A DNA stretch of 56,117 nucleotides, taken from IMG/VR virus record IMGVR_UViG_3300042868_001938, positions 1 to 56,117 of that record. One strand, written 5' to 3'. The notes under the pieces were generated by a model. That model made no database searches. It was given only the letters and a program-made list of their open reading frames with translations, and was not told where the DNA came from. Numbering within the stretch: position 1 is the first letter of the stretch; every line of letters starts with the position of its first letter. Below are positions 40,923 to 48,115 of the stretch, in pieces. The translations under genes were made by a program, and so were the position numbers. This DNA is from a virus (Duplodnaviria > Caudoviricetes).

Positions 40923-41840
40923 ATGTCCCTATTACCAGCCCCAAGAAAACCTGTCAATTACTTAAACAACAAAGACATTTTAAAAGAAATACACGATAGC
41001 AAAAACACATACTGTACATTTATTGCTCCTGAACTTCATAGGTATGATTTCATCGTAGATATGCCCACAGAATCACTAGAGAATAGTTTAGCATACGCAT
41101 TAAAAACAGAATCTATTCAGCTAGCACGTGAGACCCGAGCACTAAGAATGGACATTGAACAGGGCTTGACTAAAGGCACAATTGATCCGTTGTCTATTCC
41201 AATCACTGATTTAGTGTTTCGTGTTATGACTTGGGATCATGTCCCGGTCGCACCAAAACAACCACGTAAAACTGTCAAAAAGAAAACAGCAAAAGATATT
41301 TTTGAGTTTGACGAAGAAGATCCAGATGCTATTTTTGCTGACTTAGAAGATGCGGCTCCTATCAAAGCTGATGTTGATGACATGGTTCATGTCAAAGTAA
41401 ACTTCCCACCTTTTCAACACTATAGATTTGATGACACTAATACTGCACGTTGTATTGGTAAAAGTCATTGGAAAGGTGATTTAGAAACCGGTGAGTTCAG
41501 CAAAGATCACGGTCAAGTTACAAACAAATTAGCCCGAATGTACATTATGATGTGCGAAAAATATGCAATGAAGTATAATTGGCGCGGGTACACATACAAC
41601 GATGAAATGCGTAATTCGGCGATTCTACAACTAACCTATGTTGGTTTGCGATTCAATGAAGCGAAATCAGCTAACCCTTTCGCTTACTATACAGCCGCTA
41701 TCACTAACAGTTTCTGTCGTGTTCTTAACACTGAAAAGCGCAATCAAAACATACGTGATGATATCTTAGAACTAAACGGCCTAAACCCAAGTTGGTCTAG
41801 ACAAGGATCTGGATCCAGTTCTGTTTCATACGAAGAATAA
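40923..41840 (+). CDS. gp55: Late-transcription sigma factor, T4 gp55-like
   Basis: VNYLNNKDIL N-terminus; NWRGYTYNDEM..FNEAKSANPFAYYTAAITNSFCRVLNTEK; upstream of gp47/gp46. Confidence 0.85.
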   Translation: MSLLPAPRKPVNYLNNKDILKEIHDSKNTYCTFIAPELHRYDFIVDMPTESLENSLAYALKTESIQLARETRALRMDIEQGLTKGTIDPLSIPITDLVFRVMTWDHVPVAPKQPRKTVKKKTAKDIFEFDEEDPDAIFADLEDAAPIKADVDDMVHVKVNFPPFQHYRFDDTNTARCIGKSHWKGDLETGEFSKDHGQVTNKLARMYIMMCEKYAMKYNWRGYTYNDEMRNSAILQLTYVGLRFNEAKSANPFAYYTAAITNSFCRVLNTEKRNQNIRDDILELNGLNPSWSRQGSGSSSVSYEE

Positions 41841-41858
41841 TCAATTTAACCAAGGGAG

Positions 41859-41887
41859 TTGCATTGCACTCCCTCTTCCTTTATAAT
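41859..41887 (+). promoter_or_regulatory. Sigma70-type promoter for gp47
   Basis: TTGCAT (41859-64), 17 nt, TATAAT (41882-87); ATG 6 nt downstream. Confidence 0.75.
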
Positions 41888-41893
41888 CAACAT

Positions 41894-42910
41894 ATGAGTA
41901 ATCTTTTCAAAAAAGCCGCTGTATTCACAGACATTCACTTTGGTCTAAAGAGTAACAGCTTACAACACAATCAAGACTGTGCCAATTTCGTAGATTGGTT
42001 TATTGAAACTGCAAAGAAAGAGGGATGTGAAACTTGCTTCTTCTTAGGTGATTATAATCATCACCGTGCGAGTATAAATATTCAGACTTTGCAATTTGGT
42101 CTACAAGCACTGGAGAAATTAAATGCTAACTTCAATCGGGTATATTTTATTCCAGGCAATCACGATCTTTATTATCGTGATCGCAGGGATATCCACAGTG
42201 TGGAATGGGCTAAACATCTACCGAACGTACAGGTCATCAATGACTTCTTCCAAGAAGGACAAGTAGTTATCGCACCCTGGCTTGTATCAGAGGATTACAA
42301 AAAGCTACAGAAGATGAAGGGCAAGTATTTGTTTGGTCATCTTGAGTTACCACGCTTCTATATGAACGCTATGGTAGAGATGCCCGATCACGGAGAAATC
42401 AGTGAAGAACACATGACTGGTTTCGAAAAAGTGTTCAGTGGGCATTTTCACAAACGTCAAAGTAGAAAGAACATTTGGTACGTAGGTAATGCGTTCCCAC
42501 ATAACTATGCTGATGCAGGTGATGATGCACGTGGCATGATGATTTTAGAGTGGGACAAAGAACCTGAATTCAAGTCATGGCCTAGACAACCTATCTATCG
42601 TGTACACAAACTGAGTGAAATATTAGAGAACCCGGAAGGCTATCTATTAATTGACAGTCATGTTAGAGTACATCTTGACATTGATATTTCATATGAGGAA
42701 GCTAACTTCCTACGTGAAACATTCATCCCCGAATACAAACTACGTGAAATGACATTGATCCCTATAAAGGGTGAGGCTATTGAGCAGGGTCAGAACAGTG
42801 ATGGTCTTAAGTTTGAGTCAGTTGACCAAATCGTCATTGACCAAATCAACGCTATTGAAAGTAAAAACTTTGACAAAAAAGTACTATTGGACATCTATAA
42901 CAACCTATGA
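41894..42910 (+). CDS. gp47: Recombination endonuclease, Mre11/SbcD-like
   Basis: DIHFG, GD, PGNHD, GH, SGHFH metallophosphoesterase motifs; ATG at 41894 preferred over upstream TTG. Confidence 0.92.
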   Translation: MSNLFKKAAVFTDIHFGLKSNSLQHNQDCANFVDWFIETAKKEGCETCFFLGDYNHHRASINIQTLQFGLQALEKLNANFNRVYFIPGNHDLYYRDRRDIHSVEWAKHLPNVQVINDFFQEGQVVIAPWLVSEDYKKLQKMKGKYLFGHLELPRFYMNAMVEMPDHGEISEEHMTGFEKVFSGHFHKRQSRKNIWYVGNAFPHNYADAGDDARGMMILEWDKEPEFKSWPRQPIYRVHKLSEILENPEGYLLIDSHVRVHLDIDISYEEANFLRETFIPEYKLREMTLIPIKGEAIEQGQNSDGLKFESVDQIVIDQINAIESKNFDKKVLLDIYNNL

Positions 42911-44991
42911 TAACTATAAAGAATATTACACTACGCAACTTCCTATCTATCGGTAACGTAACACAAGCAGTTGACTTTGACAAGAAAGACATTACACTTA
43001 TTCTAGGTGAGAATTTAGACTTAGGAGGTGATGGTGCTCGTAATGGTACTGGTAAAACTACGTTGATTCAAGGTCTATCCTATGCCTTGTTTGGTGTGCC
43101 CATTAACTCTATTCGTAAAGATAATTTAGTTAATCGTACAAATGGTAAGGGCATGTTAGTTACATTAGAGTTTAACGTTAACGGCACTGAGTACAAGATT
43201 GAGCGTGGTCGTAAGCCCAACGTATTGAAGTTTTATGTAAACGATGTTCAACAGAAAGCTACTGAAGACCAACAGGGTGAGAACAAAGAAACACAAGCGG
43301 CAATTGAGCGTGTGTTGAATATGAGTCCCGAAATGTTCAAACACATTGTTGTGTTGAACACTTATTCCGAACCATTCCTTGCACTAAAAAACAACGAGCA
43401 AAAAGATATCATTGAACAACTTTTGGGTATCACTTTATTGAGTGAGAAAGCAGAAGTAGTTAAAGACTTGATCCGTCAAAGCAAGGATGATATCCAACAA
43501 GAAGAATTTAGAATCAAAGCAGTTGAAGAAGCTAACAAGCGAGTCAAAGAACAGATCGATAGTGTTAGAAGAAGACAAACACTGTGGCAACGAAAGCATG
43601 ATGAAGACTTGTCTTTCATTGCCACTGAGTATGACGAGTTGAGTAAAGTTGACATTGATACTGAACTACAGGCTCACAAAGACTTAGTGGTTTGGAACTC
43701 ACAAAAGCAACAGCAAGAGGCATACGATGCATTGATTGCTAGACAAACAGCTTGGATGCAAAAACAAGACAAAGACATTGCTACACTCAAACTTAAAATG
43801 GATGAGTTGAGCCATATTGACTTTGTTCATGAACTACAAGCTCACACTGATTTGGCTGTGCATAACCAACAAGTTCAACTAAAGACTGCGCACGACAGTA
43901 AGGTTGATAGTTTACGTAAAGATATTACTAAAGAAAGTAAGAACTACAATAAGTTAACCCAAGAAGTTGATACACTTAAAGAACATAAATGCTATGCATG
44001 TGGACAAGATTTCCATGATGACCAACATACTAGTGTTCTAAACAGCAAGATTGAATTGTGGAATACAAGCAAGAGTCATTTGGATGATTTGCGTTTTCAG
44101 TTAGATGAACTTGTTGCTAATCCAATCGTTGTAGGAGATAAACCTGTTACACATTATAAGACAGAGGTTGAAGCAGTACGTCAGTCAACGGAGATTGATA
44201 ACATCAAAAAGCAGATTGACGAAAAATCCAGCGAGAATAACCCCTTTAGTGAACAACTTTTTGACACGCCTAGCGTCACTTTGGGTAGTAAGCCATCTAC
44301 TCATTACGATACCGAAGCCCAAGCAGTGGAGCACAGGACTAAGATATCAAATCTATTATCACAGATTGAGAACAAAGCGCAGGAAACTGATCCGTATCAA
44401 GAGCAGATTCTTGAAATGGAAGCACAAGCTCTGCAAGAAATAAATTTTGATACGATTAACAATATCACAAAAGCAATGGAACATCAAAAGTTCTTACTAG
44501 ACTTGTTAACTAGTAAAGACAGTTTCGTTCGTAAGAAGATTATTGACCAGAACTTGAGTTACTTGAACGCACGACTGACGCATTACTTAGATAAGATTGG
44601 CTTGCCTCATAATGTCGTATTTAAGAACGACTTGACAGTTGAAATCACTGAGTTAGGTCGTGAACTTGACTTTGACAACTTGAGTCGCGGTGAACGTAAT
44701 CGTTTGATCTTGGGACTGAGTTTTGCTTTCCGTGATGTATGGGAGAACTTGTATGCTCCGGTTAACACATTGTTCATTGACGAGTTGATTGACAGTGGTC
44801 TTGACACTATGGGTGTTGAGAACAGTCTAGCAATTCTCAAAGATATGAGTCGCCGTCGTCATAAGTCAATTTGGCTTGTGTCACACCGTGAAGAACTAGC
44901 AGGTCGTGTACCAAACGTTCTCAAGGTTATCAAAGAAAACGGCTTTACTTCATATAGCAATGATAGCGAGATATCAGATGTTCGAACTTGA
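42907..44991 (+). CDS. gp46: Recombination ATPase, Rad50/SbcC-like
   Basis: Walker A NGTGKTT, CYAC zinc hook, LSRGE signature, FIDELID Walker B, VSH. Confidence 0.93.
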   Translation: MITIKNITLRNFLSIGNVTQAVDFDKKDITLILGENLDLGGDGARNGTGKTTLIQGLSYALFGVPINSIRKDNLVNRTNGKGMLVTLEFNVNGTEYKIERGRKPNVLKFYVNDVQQKATEDQQGENKETQAAIERVLNMSPEMFKHIVVLNTYSEPFLALKNNEQKDIIEQLLGITLLSEKAEVVKDLIRQSKDDIQQEEFRIKAVEEANKRVKEQIDSVRRRQTLWQRKHDEDLSFIATEYDELSKVDIDTELQAHKDLVVWNSQKQQQEAYDALIARQTAWMQKQDKDIATLKLKMDELSHIDFVHELQAHTDLAVHNQQVQLKTAHDSKVDSLRKDITKESKNYNKLTQEVDTLKEHKCYACGQDFHDDQHTSVLNSKIELWNTSKSHLDDLRFQLDELVANPIVVGDKPVTHYKTEVEAVRQSTEIDNIKKQIDEKSSENNPFSEQLFDTPSVTLGSKPSTHYDTEAQAVEHRTKISNLLSQIENKAQETDPYQEQILEMEAQALQEINFDTINNITKAMEHQKFLLDLLTSKDSFVRKKIIDQNLSYLNARLTHYLDKIGLPHNVVFKNDLTVEITELGRELDFDNLSRGERNRLILGLSFAFRDVWENLYAPVNTLFIDELIDSGLDTMGVENSLAILKDMSRRRHKSIWLVSHREELAGRVPNVLKVIKENGFTSYSNDSEISDVRT

Positions 44992-45628
44992 TAGTATTAA
45001 ATCCCTGCATCTAGAAACAAGTAGTGTTTGTAACGCGGCTTGTCCTATGTGCGGGAGAGAAATTGATCCAAAGTTTAATAAAGCTACTGACCCAAAATCA
45101 TTATCACTAGAAAAAATAAAACAATTGTTTAATGACCAGTTTATTAGTAATCTAGAATATATGTGGATGTGCGGCAATTACGGAGACCCGGCGGCGGCAC
45201 CCGAGTGCATCGACATATTTAAATACTTTAGACATGTAAATGATAATATCAGATTAGGTATACATACAAACGGTGGGTTACGTAATACATCTTGGTGGAC
45301 AGAACTAGGTAGCGTACTATCTAAACTAGGCGATGAATGTTATTTTGGTATTGATGGATTAAAAGACACAAACCATATACATCGTGTAAACACTGACTTT
45401 GAAAAGATAATGAAAAATGCCTCTGCATTTATTGCCGCGGGCGGCAGAGCACATTGGGAATACTTGGTGTTCGAATATAATGAACACCAAGTTGAGGAAG
45501 CTAGAAAGTTAGCAATTGACATGGGGTTCATAGGGTTCCGAACTAAAGTCAGTAGTCGCATGAAAAAACCTATCTTCATGCACTTGCGTGAAACATTCAA
45601 GCCACCAAAAGGAATCGAATATCAATGA
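44978..45628 (+). CDS. Radical SAM core domain protein
   Basis: CNAACPMC, CGNYGDP, HTNG, FGIDG; ATG at 44978. Confidence 0.85.
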   Translation: MFELDSIKSLHLETSSVCNAACPMCGREIDPKFNKATDPKSLSLEKIKQLFNDQFISNLEYMWMCGNYGDPAAAPECIDIFKYFRHVNDNIRLGIHTNGGLRNTSWWTELGSVLSKLGDECYFGIDGLKDTNHIHRVNTDFEKIMKNASAFIAAGGRAHWEYLVFEYNEHQVEEARKLAIDMGFIGFRTKVSSRMKKPIFMHLRETFKPPKGIEYQ

Positions 45629-45903
45629 TTAAATGTAGAGTATTAACTGAAAAGAGTATATTTGTTACTTCTAATGGTGACATATTACCGTGTTGTTACA
45701 TGTATGATGGTGGACCAACGCTCACTGCGGAAATTAGAGAAGCTATAAAATCTCCCAATTTCAAAACAATAACAGATTCATGGAACACTGATAAACCATT
45801 CGCACCTTGTTATAGATTATGTGATGACAGTACCATTAATAATCCTAGCAACATGATAAATTTTGAAAAGCAATGGAAAATTAAAGACGCTACTCCCAAG
45901 TGA
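45625..45903 (+). CDS. Stand-alone SPASM/twitch-like Fe-S domain protein
   Basis: C..KSIFVTSNGDILPCC..PCYRLC; ATGA overlap with the rSAM gene. Confidence 0.7.
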   Translation: MIKCRVLTEKSIFVTSNGDILPCCYMYDGGPTLTAEIREAIKSPNFKTITDSWNTDKPFAPCYRLCDDSTINNPSNMINFEKQWKIKDATPK

Positions 45904-45914
45904 TAAGTATTACT

Positions 45915-46484
45915 ATGACAAGTCCACAAAAAGCAAAAGGTTCAGGTTTCGAGCGAGAAGTCGCAAAATTTCTTTCTGATATTTACGGAGAGAGTTTTAT
46001 TCGTGCGCCTGGATCTGGAGCTTATGTGGGTGGAAAGAATCAATCACGTACAGAATTCTTGCATGAAGGTCAAATTCGCTCTTTCAAGGGTGACATTGTA
46101 CCCGGTCAAAGTTTCAGTAAAATGAACATTGAGTGCAAGTTTTATGCTGATTTTCCTTTTCACTTAGTACTTACAGGCGAGTGTAAGCAGTTAAATACTT
46201 GGATTGAACAGTTGATGGATGTTGCCGAAGAAGGCGATATAAATCTATTGTTCATGAAGTTTAACCGCAAAGGTCGTTATGTCGCTGTGCAATGCGGCGC
46301 TACTTGGAAAACTGATAACTTTATGTATTATTCTTCAAGTAAACTTGGTGATTGGCTAATCATTGAGTTTAATGACTTCTTTAAACACAACAGAGACCTT
46401 CTCAAACTATATTCGGGCAAAACAGACACCACGTCAACTATTACCTTTACAACAACCCCAATACAAATCCCTCAAATCAATTAA
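45915..46484 (+). CDS. PD-(D/E)XK nuclease, Holliday junction resolvase-like
   Basis: KAKGSGFERE..SGA..GDI..IECK; ATG at 45915 with GATAAGTA at 45902-45909. Confidence 0.75.
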   Translation: MTSPQKAKGSGFEREVAKFLSDIYGESFIRAPGSGAYVGGKNQSRTEFLHEGQIRSFKGDIVPGQSFSKMNIECKFYADFPFHLVLTGECKQLNTWIEQLMDVAEEGDINLLFMKFNRKGRYVAVQCGATWKTDNFMYYSSSKLGDWLIIEFNDFFKHNRDLLKLYSGKTDTTSTITFTTTPIQIPQIN

Positions 46485-46496
46485 TTTAATATAAAA

Positions 46497-46985
46497 ATTT
46501 GTTGTCCTGGCTGCAGGACCTCCTTGAGTTTGTACAGATTGTGCTGTGCTGACGGATCTGGAGTAAGCATGATTAGCGATAGTCATGGAATACCGAAGAG
46601 GCAATCGGAAAAGCGAACCTCTAACAAGTCTATATCTACTTTATCTTTGCGATATAGAATGTGCGTTACAGAAGAATCAACATCAAAACTTGACAGCTTC
46701 ACTACAGTCCCATAAACTTTACAGTGTAACCGGTAGCGTTTAATAGCATCAAATAGCTAATTAGACGGGGAAAAGATAACAAAGGATGACGGGCATGGCA
46801 TATTCCCTTTACCATTGGTAGTGCTTAATAGCACTACCATGGCTTCTAAGCGGCAATCATATCCCGTATAGAGATAGATTGATTAACCGTAAGAAATAAC
46901 GAATGAGTGCAAAGCACGAATGAGTTAGATGAACGAAGTTCATCTCTAAATGAAACCCGGTAAGATAAATGACATATTACGGTTA
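46497..46985 (+). ncRNA. Candidate large structured non-coding RNA (family not recognised)
   Basis: At least 10 helices, GNRA loop, G-U pairs valid only on + strand, two pseudoknot-type pairings; only long non-coding gap in the window. Confidence 0.65.
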
Positions 46986-47210
46986 GAAGAATGGTAACTG
47001 TGACTTCTTAGTAATATCCAAATTACTCTCAATCAATTCATTAATATGAATTCGTTCATCCATGGACATATTGAGTGCATCCTCATAGGATATACCACCC
47101 CTCATGTACCACGCTAAACTCAATGCATTCTTCTTTATATCACTGCAATCTTTTTCCATTTCGTCTAACAGCTTCTGTACGCCTCCGGGGTCAAGGCGTA
47201 GAAGCCTCAT
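46983..47210 (-). CDS. Small tail/baseplate assembly protein; probable -1 frameshift extension of 47207-48037
   Basis: WYMRGGISYEDALNMSMDER motif; in the -1 frame at the slippery site of the upstream gene; ATGA overlap. Confidence 0.7.
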   Translation of the reverse strand: MRLLRLDPGGVQKLLDEMEKDCSDIKKNALSLAWYMRGGISYEDALNMSMDERIHINELIESNLDITKKSQLPFF

Positions 47211-47219
47211 GCGAAAAAA
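47170..47219 (-). promoter_or_regulatory. Programmed -1 ribosomal frameshift signal
   Basis: Heptamer T TTT TTC (47219-47213), 6-nt spacer GCATGA, hairpin GGCTTC-TACGCCTT/GAGGCGTA-CA-GAAGCT (47206-47170). Confidence 0.7.
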
Positions 47220-48037
47220 TCAGATGTGTTTAACGTAAAGATTTGTTCGTAATCATGTTGACAATGGATGCACTTCAACTTTAATGGTTTAATTTGAGTG
47301 CTTTCTCTCAATTTTGTATTATGGTCACGCAATGTTACATACATGTTTTTATCGCAATGTGTTAGGAAGTCAAGCAAGTAATCGTACTCTGTTACAACTA
47401 CTGTAGGTGTTTTGATATACTCAATTGCTTGAGCTAGAATCTTCATCGTTAGTTCAGTAATAGTTCTTACAGCTTCCTGAGTCTTTTTATTACGTACTTC
47501 CATGTCTTCTTCATATTCGATAGATTGGAATGTACGTTGCGCATCAAATTGACCAAGAGCAGCCTGATTCATTTCTCTGTACGTAAGAGGTCTGAACTTG
47601 ACTTCTAACTCATTTATTTGTATGACTTCATTATAATCAGCGGCCTTCAGTCCGGTTAACAGTCCAACTAAGTTGACACCGTAGTCAGCGACTTCTTTGC
47701 ATTCAGGGCATATAGTAGTGATGTCCATGCTATTGCCATTAGTTGCGGCTTTGATACCAACTAAGATAGCATCAAAGTCTGTACTGCTAACAGCCCAAGG
47801 ATCTTTAATATCAGGTATGCAACTCTTAATAAGTTCAGCCATTGCAGTTCCGTTGAACAATGCATCAGGTGTTCTAGCAGTGATTTCATCAATCGCAGTC
47901 ATCGGGTACACGGGTAGATCACCGGTTTCAGGTAAATCTATCACTCCGGGTTTGTATCCTACACCGCCACTAGGTAGTTTTAGATAAATCGCAGGTCTGC
48001 GGAAATACTGTCTTAGGGGGTTATTTGAAATTGCCAT
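47207..48037 (-). CDS. gp26: Baseplate hub assembly protein, T4 gp26-like (tail assembly chaperone position)
   Basis: LKLPSGG, PMTAIDE, D.DAIL..I, CPEC and CIHC Zn pairs, terminal DFF. Confidence 0.7.
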   Translation of the reverse strand: MAISNNPLRQYFRRPAIYLKLPSGGVGYKPGVIDLPETGDLPVYPMTAIDEITARTPDALFNGTAMAELIKSCIPDIKDPWAVSSTDFDAILVGIKAATNGNSMDITTICPECKEVADYGVNLVGLLTGLKAADYNEVIQINELEVKFRPLTYREMNQAALGQFDAQRTFQSIEYEEDMEVRNKKTQEAVRTITELTMKILAQAIEYIKTPTVVVTEYDYLLDFLTHCDKNMYVTLRDHNTKLRESTQIKPLKLKCIHCQHDYEQIFTLNTSDFFA

Positions 48038-48075
48038 TTATTGTCCTTGTGTTAAAAAGTCGTAGTTAGCCCAAT

Positions 48076-48103
48076 ACTAAATACATTATAAAACATATTT
48101 AGT
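48076..48103. promoter_or_regulatory. Face-to-face late promoters ACTAAATA / TATTTAGT for divergent genes
   Basis: 8-bp inverted repeat at 48076-48083 and 48096-48103. Confidence 0.65.
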
Positions 48104-48115
48104 GGGTAAAAATAC

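Noticed and set aside
41864-41893. Longer starts given by the ORF track (41864, 44906, 45900, 53134, 38309, 5236)
   Set aside because: They overlap promoters or upstream genes; downstream ATGs fit better
46524-46715. 63-aa ORF in the intergenic gap
   Set aside because: TTG start, no RBS, atypical composition; the region is better explained by RNA structure
46590-46715. HDV-like ribozyme (GCGAA before a pseudoknot strand) or group I intron (ACAGTCC)
   Set aside because: No P3/P1.1 for HDV; no matching P7 partner or interrupted gene for an intron
46950-46975. RNase P-like words (AACCCGG, AGATAAATGA)
   Set aside because: Wrong order and no GAGGAAAGUCC 5' element
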